NCBI GenBank assembly: GCA_964016885.1
Contig: OZ024750.1
Coordinates: 24,428,001 to 24,492,000 of the forward strand
Source of the DNA: Eledone cirrhosa
Lineage: Eukaryota
DNA: 64,000 nucleotides
Direction of reading: 5' to 3'
Below the pieces are notes generated by a model. The model ran no database searches. It worked only from the letters and a program-made list of their open reading frames with translations, and was not told where the DNA came from. Positions 14,815 to 28,203 of the stretch are shown here, one piece after another; within the stretch, counting starts at the first letter, position 1; every line of letters starts with the position of its first letter. The translations under genes and the position numbers were made by a program.

Positions 14815-14929
14815 GAAAGGTATAGAAAATATGAAATGAATAATTATACGAATAATAGTTTCATTGATTTAAAACACTGTATTAGTGTGTATGTGTGATT
14901 AGATTTAAGGAAATATATACGTCTATGCG

Positions 14930-15248
14930 CAGGGTTAGATTTAGACCTTGGGAGGCCCGGGGCACTTCAGGTTTGGTGGGGAAGGGGGGGGGGGGTTCAT
15001 ACACAAACAATTAGAATACACAGCAACCCTTCCCCACAATTTTATATATCAAAGTTAGCTTGGCGCAAGTAATTGGAATTTAAAAGTTATACTTATAGGT
15101 ATTAATTAAATAAAAAAAATTCTAACCACCCTAAAACTAAAAAGCCCAGTTAAGGGCACAAATAAATTGTTACTGCCGTCGCTGGTGGTCCCCTTCGCTG
15201 TAGGGGACCCCGGAGAATTACCCCCTCCCCATATTATATCCAGCCCTG
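14930..15248. mobile_element. MITE with CAGGG termini (hAT-like); oppositely oriented relative at 38327-38648
   Basis: CAGGGTTAGATTTAGACCTTGGGAGGCC...ATCCAGCCCTG. The reverse complement matches GGCCCTCCAAGGTCTAAATCC at ~38622-38642. Confidence 0.6.
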
Positions 15249-17133
15249 TTTATAGGTCGTTTAACGTGATATCGATTTATTGCAACAATACAGAGTATCA
15301 GATATATAAGCTTGAAAGAGACAACAATGTGCGATGGTGTTGTGTCTTTCAAACATTTCTAAAATGAAGTGAAAGGGGTTTTATTTTTTTGTATTTGCAT
15401 GAGTCATTTTATATTATATACAATTTTATATTATATACAATTTCATTGTATATGTCTGATTGGATTTATTGAGCATACATACATTTATATGTCGCTTAAT
15501 ACGATTCAATTGGTTTATTAGATCGATACCACACGTGACATCAGATATAAATATCTGAAATACCCATGTGAGATGCTGTGGATTACATGCATTTCCCCAA
15601 AGCTATTAATACGACAAATGAAGTTAAAAGATCATTAAATGGTTAGCCAACTCGTTAATATATTTTTAACTTACCATATATATACTTATGTAAAAGTCGA
15701 CTCCTTATTTTTGGCCCCGAAATTTAGATTTTTTCCTGTATCTCATGTAAATGTCAAACCTGTTTTTCAGACAACATATCAACATTTCAGAACATGTTAC
15801 GATAAGGAAATGAATATTTATACGATATTATGTTCGGTTATAAGCAGTGGATTGACAGAATCGGTAGAGCGTCGGACATCATACTTCGCGGCAGAGTTAT
15901 GTCCCTTTAAATGCTGAGTTCAAATCGTGCCGAGGTTAGCTTAGATTTGCCTTTCATCCCTACGGGGCCGATAAATAAAGCACCAGTAATGCACTGGGGT
16001 CAGTTTAATCGATTTTCCCCTCTCCTCCACCCCCCAAAATTGTTGGCCTTGTGCCTAAATCAGAAACCATTATGTTCGGTTATAAGCAAATGAAAATATA
16101 AGAGTTACATGGCCTTTTAGAAAACAATGTGTTTAGATGTGTAGAAACATCGTTATTACTACTGTAGGTTGACATTGCCTTTCATCCTTACGGGGTCGAT
16201 AAAATAAAGTACCAGTAATGTACTGGGTAATTGCTGGCCTTGTGCCTAAAGTAGAGACAGTTATTACTACTGTAATTCATTGTTTTGCTTATTGTAGTGT
16301 GAATTCCAGCCCTTCAAAAATAGTGTTCCTTGTAATAGTCGACCACATTAATTTAATTGTTTCTACGTTAGGCACAAGGCCAGCAATTACCTAGTGTATT
16401 ACTGGTACTTTATCGACTCCGTAGGGATGAAAGGCAAAGTTAACCTCGGCGGGATTTGAACTCAGAATGGCAAGGGCCGTAACTCTATGCGTCAAAGCAT
16501 GGCGTCCGACCCTCTACCAATACTGCCAATCCACTAATCTCAAACAATAATAGTCTTAAACATTCGACATATACATGTGTATGTACGATAAAACATTTTC
16601 TTATGTTAATAAATTTTTCTGCAAAAACATGGAGGATTCCCAAGTGAAGAGGTGGTGACGTTAATTCGTTTCCCAGCGCCATTAACCATAATCTAAACAG
16701 GTTCCATTAATAATAACTTTGCCTTTCATCCTTACGGGGTCGATAAAATAAAGTACCAGTAATGCATTGGGTAATTATTGGCCTTGTGCCTAACATAGAA
16801 ACAATTAATAATATAGTAGGGGTGGTGGTGTGCTACGAAGCTCGAAATGGTAATATGCGTGTATAATATATAATTGTTTTTACTTTTGGCACAAGGCCAG
16901 CAAATACTTAGTGCATTACTGGTACTTTGTGTATAATATATAATATACATATATGTATATTATGTGTGTACGCATATTATATATTATGTTTGTACACACA
17001 CACACACACATATATATATTTATTATGTTTGTATATATATATATATATATATTTATTATGTTTGTGTGTATATATATATATATAGGAACGAGTGGGTCAT
17101 ATTTTCTCCTATATATATATATATGTATATATG

Positions 17134-17192
<59 letters not shown>

Positions 17193-17364
17193 CCAGAATC
17201 AGTTCCCGTCCCACCCTTGCAAGCAGGGAAAAGCGGACGTAAAATGATGATGATGATGATGATGGTATACACACTTCGTTTTTGAATTTGTTTTGCAAGA
17301 TTTCTTTGTCCAGAATTAGCCGTCGAAACGGCTTGAGCTCAGCCGTCGGGGTCCTACTCGTTCC

Positions 17365-17530
17365 TATTACCCACTCTACTACCCTAAGTATTGAGTACGT
17401 TGGTGCGTTATGGTCCATCTGGTTCCTTACCACATTTCCTTCGTTATATATATATATATATAACGAAAGAGTTGTGGTAAGAAACCAGATGGATCAGAGT
17501 ACTCAATACTTAGGGTAGTAGAGTGGGTCA
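17365..17530. repeat. Inverted repeat centred on a (TA)n tract; related sequence and a second inverted repeat at ~9990-10106
   Basis: ACCCACTCTACTACCCTAAGTATTGAGTAC / GTACTCAATACTTAGGGTAGTAGAGTGGGT. At 10020-10106: ATGAAAAATTCGGGACCCCGATGGC / GCCGTCGGGGGTCCCGAATTTTTCAT. Confidence 0.7.
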
Positions 17531-17588
17531 TACTTTCTCCTATATATATATATATATGTATATATATATGTATATATATATGTATATA

Positions 17589-17699
<111 letters not shown>

Positions 17700-17759
17700 T
17701 TCGTTTTTGAATTTGTTTTGCAAGATTTCTTATCTGAAAACGTGTGTTGAAACAGTTAT

Positions 17760-18410
17760 TGTTATACTTTGGGAGGGTCATGCTGCCAATAAAACCAGAC
17801 GTACGTGTTAGTTTTCACTTCAATTTATTATAAATTTCCGGTTGGTTGGTTCAATAACCGGAAGGTTGTTTATATATTGTCAAAGTACTTTCGTCACACA
17901 TTCTGTGATCTCCTTAGTGACTGGTTTCTTATTTTGTGTCTCTTCTTTATTCTGTCATACGACATCTTGTTTTTGTGTGCTTTGTGCTTGGTTTGCTCAT
18001 GCACTACATCCGTGTGTGTGCTTTATTTATTTATTTACTTGTCACTAGTTGGTTATTTGTTCTATCTGTGTGTATCTGGTTTGTTTTATTAGTTTGGTTT
18101 TTGTGTATCTCTGTATGTCTTCATTTTGTCCTTAATTACTAGTTGTGATGTTGTTGCTATTCCACTCCTGTTTTCTGTTTAATTTTGGTTGGAGTTCGTT
18201 TATGTTTGTTGCCTCTGTAATTTGTCTGAGCATTGCGTCTTTTCTGTGTGTGGATATAATTTTTATCTCTATATTCTCATATGTGCCCCTATGTTCTATT
18301 TTGGCATGTTGGTGGAGTACTGATGAGGTTTTCGCATCCTGGAGATGTCGCCAGTGTTCACTTATCCTTTCCCCTATGCTACAGGCTGTTTCACCTATCT
18401 ATGTTGTGTT
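17760..18410 (-). mobile_element. Penelope-like retroelement remnant: GIY-YIG endonuclease C-terminal half plus 3' region with hammerhead
   Basis: Minus strand 18410-18132 reads T*IGETACSIGERISEHWRHLQDAKTSSVLHQHAKIEH...AMLRQITEATNINELQPKLNRKQEW. This fits the YIGET..R..EH...H...H...EA..I...P.LN pattern, with the Tyr of YIG mutated to a stop. Confidence 0.75.
17879..17921 (-). ncRNA. Hammerhead motif with one core substitution (G5A), downstream of a Penelope-like endonuclease remnant
   Basis: Minus strand: GTCA-CTAAGGA-[Ga TCACA gaatg TGTGA C]-GAAA-GTAC-TT-TGAC. All stems pair; stem III is palindromic (AGTACT). Confidence 0.6.
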
Positions 18411-18439
18411 AAATTCTTACACAGTCCCTCAGTACATCC

Positions 18440-18745
18440 TATGCTATATCCTCAATCTCTTCCAGTCGCACCCTCATCAGCGAGGACCTCAATGAGATAG
18501 CCAAACCTGATGTGGCTCCAGATCTTGAGCAGGCTATGACCAACTGGACAAGTGAAGGCCTTTCTGTCCCCCAGTATACAAATGCCCAATGTAACTCGGT
18601 CAACATCGGAGTGGCCCAACATGTCAGCCTCTGCATGTGTGAGCCACACAGATGCCGCTGTGGGGCTGTTATTGATGAGTTTGACCTGCACCCACTCATG
18701 CCGCCAAAGTGCAGGCTGATTCTCTCAACATGCCGCTCTCAATTA
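18440..18745 (+). mobile_element. CRE-like non-LTR fragment (CCHC knuckle region)
   Basis: IGVAQHVSLCMCEPHRCRCGAVIDEFDLHPL, then after a frameshift CRQSAG*FSQHAALN. Confidence 0.65.
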
Positions 18746-19085
18746 CATATATCAAGCTTACATATTGTATCTGGATTTATACATGCCCTTGATAATAGAT
18801 TCTGCTTAAATGCACTGATTGAATGTCAGATAGATGACATTAAGATAGCTATTTTGTTTGTTATATCCCACAGCCCACAGTTCTGTGCTTAACTAGAATG
18901 AGATAACATGGGTTTGACATTATCTAATTTATAATGTATTACACTGTGAAGATGTGTGTGTCTTTGTGTGTACTGGGATTAATATGATTGACTAAACACC
19001 TTTAAGGTGGAGCCCCAACATGATCACAGAGTAATAGAGAAACTATGTAATATTGATTTATGTATTGTGTGTGTATGTGTATGTC

Positions 19086-19238
<153 letters not shown>

Positions 19239-19379
19239 ATATATATATATACATATATATATACATATATATACATATATATTTCCCTGCTAGCAAGTAC
19301 GACCTGAAGCGGATCTACTGATCTCCCAAGCAAGCCAGGGATCTGTGTTTTGCTTTAGTAAGATGTCTGTTGAGCATTT

Positions 19380-19796
19380 GTTGTGAATTAACAAACCAAA
19401 AGATGCTAGCAGGGAAAACGGATGCTAAATGTTGATGACAACAACCCTGAGTACCTTTTTGATTTCCATGTGTCTAACACACGTGGGCATGCTCACAAAG
19501 TCAGAAAACAGTACAGTTCCCATGACTTTCGGAAACATTTTTTTCACGCTCAGAGTTGCTGAAGCATGGAACAAACTCCTGGCATCAGTTGTTAGCTGTC
19601 GAGACACTGCATCCTTTAAGGCCTCCATGCTTCCCGAGATTCGCCAACACTACACCTAATGTTCCCCCTCCATACACATACACACATGTATATCATGACT
19701 CATACACTGTTCACTTCCCTGTCATTTGTGTATTATTCTATGTACTATACATGCACATTTGACGAGTTGTAGTGCACCTGAGCACTTTACACAATA

Positions 19797-19830
<34 letters not shown>
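19380..19830 (+). mobile_element. CR1/L2-like LINE 3' end with (ATT)n tail
   Basis: HKVRKQYSSHDFRKH..FFTLRVAEAWNKLLASVVSCRDTASFK (FF..RV...WN.L...VV......FK motif). Confidence 0.7.
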
Positions 19831-20292
19831 GGAAAATATAATATACACTCGACATTTGTAAATTGACACGGTTACACACACGTACATACACATATACTTA
19901 TTGAACCACATAAACATAGCTACAAATACACACTCACACATATAAAAACATACATGTACAGACACATACACACATATACACATAAACACAGGTATACACG
20001 CACTGACTGAAAGGTGTTAGCTCCTCCAAGAATTATGGTAGCTATAAATTCTCAGACATCATTAACACGTATTAAGATATTGTTTTAATTCTTTCTTTTG
20101 TACGAAATATCAAATTCATTAACTAATTAACAGAGACAATTATATTACCTCATTAACTAACACCCCTTTTAAAGTACACTGCACTCAATCTGTTGTTATC
20201 ATTGCTAAGGTGGGTAGGATATGTATGCAGTTATTTGGTTGTTAAATTATACACTGTAGGTGTTATATACTCATATTACTGCCTGTCTATCT

Positions 20293-20589
20293 ACCTTATT
20301 TCCTGGCGCTGAAGATGCTTCGTCTTTGAGGACGCACCTTAATTTTGACAACCAAATATTTGAAAAAAAATAATTGGCACAAGGCCAGCAATTACCCAGT
20401 TCATTACTGGTACTTTATTTTATCGACCCCGTAAGGATGAAAGGCAAAGTCAACCTCGGCGGGATTTGAACTCAGATCGTAAAGGGACGTAATTATGCTG
20501 GAAAGCATGGCGTCCGACCCTCTACCGATAAACAACCTTTGGCCTCCAGGACGCATGGTAGATTCTTTTCGACACCGGGAAATACAGTA
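20293..20589. mobile_element. Tc1/pogo-type MITE interrupted by a SINE (~20375-20530)
   Basis: TACCTTATTTCCTGGCG / CACCGGGAAATACAGTA termini. Confidence 0.55.
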
Positions 20590-21916
20590 TATAACTACCC
20601 ACCTATTTATCTGTTGGAGATTGTCAATTCGTACCAGGTTTTCAGTGGAAATGAAAGGGTCGATAGTGTAAACATGCACACACATGTACAGCAAGTCTGA
20701 ACACAGAGAGACCAAACACCCACTGTTATTGCCTCCGTCTCTCTTGCCCATACCTGCCGACCTGTATGGCTGTCTGTTTATCTATCTATCTATCCATCCA
20801 CCTACCTAACTATCTGTCTGTTTGCCAGTACCCAGCCAGAATTACAGACCTCCCCAAAGGGCCCGAGGGAGTGCATGTCTACATTCCTTTATTCTGTAGA
20901 GTACTGGGTGCATTTTATTGTGACACCAACACTAGGGAGGTTGTCATGTTTTTGACACAACTGAAGAGTCCTTTCAATCCTTTATTTGGCAAGTTTTCTA
21001 TGGCTGAAAGCCATTCAATACACCAGCCACTTTACAGAGTGTACTGGGTGCATTTTTAATATTCATTTATATTGCTATATTGAATAATGAAGGTGCAGCA
21101 TGGCTAAGGGGTTAGAGCGTCGGGCTTACAATCATGAGGTTTTGAGTTCAATTCTCGAACAAGGCATTGTGTTGTGTTCTTGACCAAGACACTTTATTTC
21201 ACGTTGCTCCAGTTCTCTCAGATGTAGAAATGAGTTGCGATGTCGCTGGTGCCATGCTGTATGGCGTGGGTAAGGAAGGTAGAGGAAAGTGGTGTATCCT
21301 GAATGCATGTTTCAACATGTGCATTGGGGAAGGCGGGTCTTCTGTATGACTGTATAACGCCAGAGATCTCGATCCTGTGTCATCATCTTAGAGAAGTGCA
21401 ATTGTGCAAGGTCAGCTTTTATCACCTCATCCCAAGACTTCCTACTCTATAGCTACCTTCAGCTTTGAGTGCCCTCAAGTTGTGAGTCTTGAAACTCTGG
21501 AGTTTTACCTGTGCACCCATGGGATCATTAGATTTTCTTATGACCGTGTAAGTGTGCAGGTGAAACCATATATATATATTATGGGGGTGAGGGTGTGTGT
21601 CTATGTAGGTGTGTGTGTGTGTATATATATATATATACATATATAGATTTTGGGAGAAACAGCTGTGTGTGGTTATTTGATAAAGTGTATTAAAAAATAA
21701 AAGGAAAGCACAAGCGGGGTACAACGCATTAAAGACAATATATCTAACTCCAGTGCATCAATAACTCATGGAAGTTATTGGGGGAAAAAAGGAGAGAGAA
21801 AAAATCAAGCAGAAGGGAAAAAAAGGATATATATATATGTGTGTGTATCTTGGGTTCAAACAGGGGAGGTAACCACAGTAAGTAAGGTACTCAATACATA
21901 ACAGAGTATAAATATT

Positions 21917-22037
21917 TAATATAGAAATGGCTTCTACAGGACTAGAACTGTTTCATTCGAAAGAAATCATCAGGAAAGCCCTAATGGTTTACTTTGAATG
22001 AAACAGTTCTAGCCCTGTAGAAGCCATTTCTATATTA
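21917..22037. repeat. Inverted repeat (~43-bp arms) containing a hammerhead motif
   Basis: TAATATAGAAATGGCTTCTACAGG...CCTGTAGAAGCCATTTCTATATTA. A related single arm lies at ~35850-35912. Confidence 0.8.
21929..21980 (-). ncRNA. Type I hammerhead ribozyme motif (second family)
   Basis: Minus strand: GGCTTTC-CTGATGA-T[TTC tttc GAA]T-GAAA-CAG ttctagtc CTG-TA-GAAGCC. Core intact, stem I has one bulge, stem II is closed by U.U. Confidence 0.6.
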
Positions 22038-22509
22038 CATATATATGTATGTGTGTGTATGTGAATGTGTGTTCTTTTGGCAACCATCCATGTTTTGATA
22101 TACTCATTGTTCAGGTAAATCAGTATATTTTTACCTGTCATTTGGTTGTTTGTTGACTTAATTAGATATTTTTTTCTTGGTTTAGTTGAGTTTATTTTGT
22201 TGTTTTGATGTTGGTAAGATGATGATGATGTTAGTGGTGGTGATGGTGGTGGCAATTTTGATGATGACAGTGATAGTGTTGATGGTAGTGCTGGTAGTGA
22301 TAGTGTTGATGGTAGGAATAATGGTGCTGATGTAAATGTTGATAATGATGATGTTGTTTTGATATTGGTTCTGCTGCTGTTTCTGATGCTGATAGTCGTA
22401 ATGATGATGATGCTGATGATAATAATGTTGATGGCTTTGATGATGAGGATTATGATCATTATGGTGATGTTGATGATGATGGTTTTCAATTTATTCTACA
22501 TTGCTCTCT

Positions 22510-25225
22510 TAAAAAAATATACCTGTTCAGGTGCACTACAACTCGTCAAAAGTGCATGTATACTAAGGAGTGGCGGCAGTGGTGGTGGTGAAACTGCGGC
22601 ACTCGGGCCAAGGAGGATAAACTCTCCAAATATTGGTCACTCTCCGACAGGTTTGAGGTCGAACCAATAGCAGTGGAGACTTCTGGTGTCCTTGACTCTA
22701 AGACCACCATCGGCACGGAGTTGGCTACCTGTAGCAGTGGAGACTTCTGGTGTCCTTGGTCCTAGGACCACCTCCTTACTCACCACCATCGACATGGAGT
22801 TGGCTACCTGTAGCAGTGGAGACTCCTGGTGTCCTTGGTCCTAGGACCACCTCCTTACTCACCACCATCGGGACGAGGTTGGCTACCTGTTGCAGTAGAG
22901 ACTTCTGGTGTCCTTGGTCCTAGGACCACCTCCTTACTCACCACCATCGACTTGGAGTTGGCTACCTGTAGCAGTAGAGACTTCTGGTGTCCTTGGTCCT
23001 AGGACCACCTCCTTACTCACCACCATCGACATGGAGTTGGCTACCTGTAGCAGTGGAGACTTCTGGTGTCCTTGGTCCTAGGACCACCTCCCTACTCACC
23101 ACCATCGGGACGAGGTTGGCTACCTGTAGCAGTAGAGACTTCTGGTGTCCTTGGTCCTAGGGCTACCTCCCTACTCACCACCATTGGCACGGAGTTGGCT
23201 ACCTGTAGCAGTGGAGACTTCTGGTGTCCTTGGTCCTAGGACCACCTCCCTACTCACCACCATCGGGACGAGGTTGGCTACCTGTAGCAGTAGAGACTTC
23301 TGGTGTCCTTGGTCCTAGGGCTACCTCCCTACTCACCACCATTGGCACGGAGTTGGCTACCTGTAGCAGTGGAGACTTCTGGTGTCCTTGGTCCTAGGAC
23401 CACCTCCCTACTCACCACCATCGGGACGAGGTTGGCTACCTGTAGCAGTAGAGACTTCTGGTGTCCTTGGTCCTAGGACCACCTCCCTACTCACCACCAT
23501 CGGGACGAGGTTGGCTACCTGTAGCAGTAGAGACTTCTGGTGTCCTTGGTCCTAGGGCTACCTCCCTACTCACCACCATTGGCACGGAGTTGGCTACCTG
23601 TAGCAGTGGAGACTTCTGGTGTCCTTGGTCCTAGGACCACCTCCCTACTCACCACCATCGGGACGAGGTTGGCTACCTGTAGCAGTAGAGACTTCTGGTG
23701 TCCTTGGTCCTAGGGCTACCTCCCTACTCACCACCATTGGCACGGAGTTGGCTACCTGTAGCAGTGGAGACTTCTGGTGTCCTTGGTCCTAGGACCACCT
23801 CCCTACTCACCACCATCGGGACGAGGTTGGCTACCTGTAGCAGTAGAGACTTCTGGTGTCCTTGGTCCTAGGGCTACCTCCCTACTCACCACCATTGGCA
23901 CGTGGTTGGCTACCTGTAGCAGTAGAGACTTCTGGTGTCCTTGGTCCTAGGGCTACCTCCCTACTCACCACCATTGGCACGGAGTTGGCTACCTGTAGCA
24001 GTGGAGACTTCTGGTGTCCTTGGTCCTAGGACCACCTCCCTACTCACCACCATCGGGACGAGGTTGGCTACCTGTAGCAGTAGAGACTTCTGGTGTCCTT
24101 GGTCCTAGGGCTACCTCCCTACTCACCACCATTGGCACGGAGTTGGCTACCTGTAGCAGTGGAGACTTCTGGTGTCCTTGGTCCTAGGACCACCTCCCTA
24201 CTCACCACCATCGGGACGAGGTTGGCTACCTGTAGCAGTAGAGACTTCTGGTGTCCTTGGTCCTAGGGCTACCTCCCTACTCACCACCATTGGCACGGAG
24301 TTGGCTACCTGTAGCAGTGGAGACTTCTGGTGTCCTTGGTCCTAGGACCACCTCCCTACTCACCACCATCGGGACGAGGTTGGCTACCTGTAGCAGTAGA
24401 GACTTCTGGTGTCCTTGGTCCTAGGGCTACCTCCCTACTCACCACCATTGGCACGTGGTTGGCTACCTGTAGCAGTAGAGACTTCTGGTGTCCTTGGTCC
24501 TAGGGCTACCTCCCTACTCACCACCATTGGCACGGAGTTGGCTACCTGTAGCAGTGGAGACTTCTGGTGTCCTTGGTCCTAGGACCACCTCCCTACTCAC
24601 TACCATTGGCACGTGGTTGGCTACCTGTAGCAGTAGAGACTTCTGGTGTCCTTGGTCCTAGGGCTACCTCCCTACTCACCACCATTGGCACGGAGTTGGC
24701 TACCTGTAGCAGTGGAGACTTCTGGTGTCCTTGGTCCTAGGACCACCTCCCTACTCACCACCATCGGGACGAGGTTGGCTACCTGTAGCAGTAGAGACTT
24801 CTGGTGTCCTTGGTCCTAGGGCTACCTCCCTACTCACCACCATTGGCACGGAGTTGGCTACCTGTAGCAGTGGAGACTTCTGGTGTCCTTGGTCCTAGGA
24901 CCACCTCCTTACTCACCACCATCGGGACGAGGTTGGCTACCTGTAGCAGTAGAGACTTCTGGTGTCCTTGGTCCTAGGACCACCTCCCTACTCACCACCA
25001 TTGGCACGTGGTTGGCTACCTGTAGCAGTAGAGACTTCTGGTGTCCTTGGTCCTAGGACCACCTCCCTACTCACCACCATTGGCACGTGGTTGGCTACCT
25101 GCAGGTGTGAGCCTCACAAGCTGAAATGGCTCTTTCAACGCGTCTCCCTCACCATCTTCTGGGGAAACGCCTTTTCTGTTCTGTCAGCTGGGACCAGTGT
25201 GTGGGCTCCCATTTGTTTATAATAG
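22510..25225 (+). mobile_element. CRE-like (restriction-like endonuclease) non-LTR retrotransposon 3' end with internal tandem amplification
   Basis: EDKLSKYWSLSDRFEVEPIAVETSGVL before the array and AVETSGVLGPRTTSLLTTIGTWLATCRCEPHKLKWLFQRVSLTIFWGNAFSVLS after it. This is the K..KY...P.AVET.G...WL.QR.S...GN motif of RLE non-LTR elements. Confidence 0.75.
22670..25101 (+). repeat. 79-bp minisatellite, ~31 copies, with alternating A/B variants (158-bp higher-order unit)
   Basis: Unit GCAGTRGAGACTTCTGGTGTCCTTGGTCCTAGG...TTGGCTACCTGTA; period measured 23761 to 23840. Confidence 0.95.
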
Positions 25226-25485
25226 TGAGAGAGATGGAGGCAGTGAGTGAGATGGAGGCAGTGAGTGAGATGGAGGCAGTGAGTGAGATGGAGGCAGTGA
25301 GTGAAATGGAGGCAGTGAGTGAGATGGAGGCAGTGAGAGAGATGGAGGCAGTGAGAGAGATGGAGGCAGTGAGTGAGATGGAGGCAGTGAGTGAGATGGA
25401 GGCAGTGAGTGAGATGGAGGCAGTGAGTGAGATGGAGGCAGTGAGTGAGATGGAGGCAGTGAGTGAGATGGAGGCAGTGAGTGAA
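25222..25485. repeat. 18-bp minisatellite
   Basis: (AGTGAGTGAGATGGAGGC)n directly after the CRE-like 3' end. Confidence 0.95.
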
Positions 25486-25654
25486 AGAGAGAAAACATCA
25501 CACACACTCACACATGATAAGATGATTGATATTATTAACGAAACAATGAAAATTTAGAAACTAGATAAACAAACTGTATTACATTATGGAAAAAAAAAGT
25601 TCAATATATTGTGTAACACCCTAGCTCTGTTTACTTGTTTATCAAGAAAAGTCC

Positions 25655-27195
25655 TACCACCACCACTGCTATTGCTACCACACCACCACCACCACTGCTA
25701 TTGCTACCACACCACCACCACCACCACTGCTATTGCTACCACACCACCACCACCACTGCTATTGTTACCACACCACCACCACCACCACTGCTATTGTTAC
25801 CACACCACCACCACCACCACTGCTATTGTTACCACACCACCACCACCACTGCTATTGTTACCACACCACCACCACCACTGCTATTGTTACCACACCACCA
25901 TCACCACCACCACTGCTATTGCTACCACACCACCACCACCACTGCTATTGCTACCACACCACCACCACCACTGCTATTGCTACCACACCACCACCACCAC
26001 CACTGCTATTGCTACCACACCACCACCACCACTGCTATTGTTACCACACCACCACCACCACCACTGCTATTGCTACCACACCACCACCACTGCTATTGTT
26101 ACCACACCACCACCACCACTGCTATTGTTACCACACCACCACCACCACTGCTATTGTTACCACACCACCATCACCACCACCACTGCTATTGCTACCACAC
26201 CACCACCACCACTGCTATTGCTACCACACCACCACCACCACTGCTATTGCTACCACACCACCACCACCACCACTGCTATTGCTACCACACCACCACCACC
26301 ACTGCTATTGCTACCACACCACCACCACCACTGCTATTGCTACCACACCACCACCACCACTGCTATTGTTACCACACCACCATCACCACCACCACTGCTA
26401 TTGCTACCACACCACCACCACCACTGCACCATCACAGCCATCACCACCACCCCACTACCACCATCACTGCCATTACCACCACCACCATTATCATCACCAC
26501 CTTCACTAACATTGCCACCACCACCACTGCCACCATCACAGCTATCACCACCACCCCACTACCACCATCACTGCCATTACCACCACCACCATTATCATCA
26601 CCACCTTCACTAACATTGCCACCACTGCCACCATCACAACTATCACCACCACCCCACTACCACCATCACTGCCATTACCACCACCACCATTATTATCACC
26701 ACCTTCACTAACATTGCCACCACCACCACTGCACCATCACAGCCATCACCACCACCCCACTACCACCATCACTGCCATTGCTACCACCCCACCACTGCCA
26801 ATGCCACCACCACCATCACTATCATCACCACCAACACCACCATCACTACCATTGCTACCACCCCACCACTGCCAATGCCACCACCACACCGCCTCCACCA
26901 TCATCTATACAACCCTGCCTTCTTTCTTCCCACCACTAGCACCACCACCACCACCAACACCAACACCAACACCACCAACACCACCACCACCAACACCAAC
27001 ACCACCAACACCAACAGACACCACCAACACCACCACCAACATCACCACCACCACCACCACCACCACCAACACCACCACCACCACCACCACCAACACCACC
27101 ACCACCACCATCATCATGACCAGCACCACCAATGCCACCATCTTCCAAACAACCAAACGACCCCACCACCACCACCACCACCACCACCACCACCC
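25655..27195. repeat. CAC-based minisatellite (~29-32-bp units) grading into (CAC/CAA)n
   Basis: (CCACCACTGCTATTGYTACCACACCACCA)n. Confidence 0.9.
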
Positions 27196-27271
27196 AAACA
27201 GCCATGTAATATCCTCACCTCACCCACACTCCAGCAATCCTTCATAACAGTTTGATGTAAACAACTCGTAT

Positions 27272-27319
<48 letters not shown>

Positions 27320-27398
27320 ATATATGTATATATATATATATGTGTGTGTACATATATATATGTATATATACATATATACGCATATATATGTATGTATA

Positions 27399-27466
<68 letters not shown>

Positions 27467-27515
27467 TATATGTATATATATATATATATGTATAAATGTA
27501 TGCACACGTACACAT

Positions 27516-27546
<31 letters not shown>

Positions 27547-27656
27547 ATATGGATGTATGGGTGTATGTATGCATGCGTATGTGTCTAGATGTCTCTGTAT
27601 GCATGTGTGGTTTTATATATAAGTATCTCTATATGATTGTATGTATGCATATATAT

Positions 27657-27727
<71 letters not shown>

Positions 27728-27848
27728 GGAGGTGAGTTTTATTGTAGCAACAATAAAGCAATGCAAATATCGGATAAGTAGCACTCAACAGTTTATAGGA
27801 CTGGAGTATAAATATATAAGATTAAAAGATGGTTAAAAGAGTTCCAAG

Positions 27849-27919
27849 TATTTTATTATGCGCATTTCAAAAACAAATATCATCATGGGATGATATTTGC
27901 CTTCTCATCAGATAAAATA
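27849..27919 (-). ncRNA. Type I hammerhead ribozyme motif (left arm of fold-back element)
   Basis: Minus strand: TATTTTAT-CTGATGA-[GAAGGCAAATATCATC ccat GATGATATTTGTTTTT]-GAAA-TGCGCA-TA-ATAAAATA. Core intact, 8-bp stem I, long stem II, palindromic minimal stem III (ATGCGCAT). Confidence 0.8.
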
Positions 27920-28004
27920 AGGAAACATGATATGAAGCTTAAAAATGTTGATTTAAAACTTCACTGTTCACAAGTGCTTTTTAAGCTTCCATATCATGTT
28001 TCCC

Positions 28005-28080
28005 TATTTTATCTGATGAGAACGCAAATCAAATATCATCCCATGATGATATTTGTTTTTGAAATGCGCATAATAAAATA
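28005..28080 (+). ncRNA. Type I hammerhead ribozyme motif (right arm of fold-back element)
   Basis: TATTTTAT-CTGATGA-stem II (CAAATATCATC/GATGATATTTG, with a small insertion)-GAAA-TGCGCA-TA-ATAAAATA. Core intact. Confidence 0.75.
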
Positions 28081-28203
28081 CTTGGAACTCTTTTAACCAT
28101 CTTTTGATCTTATATTATTTATACTCCAGTCCTATAAACTGTTGAGTGCTACTTATCCGATATTTGCATTGCTTTATTGTTGCTACAATAAGACTCACCT
28201 CCT

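Noticed and set aside
25126-25557. ORF with (EMEAVS)n repeat
   Set aside because: In-frame 18-bp minisatellite appended to a retrotransposon 3' end; no evidence it is a gene.
25609-27255. His/Pro/Cys-rich ORFs in all three frames
   Set aside because: CAC minisatellite with units not a multiple of 3 and no splice or codon evidence.
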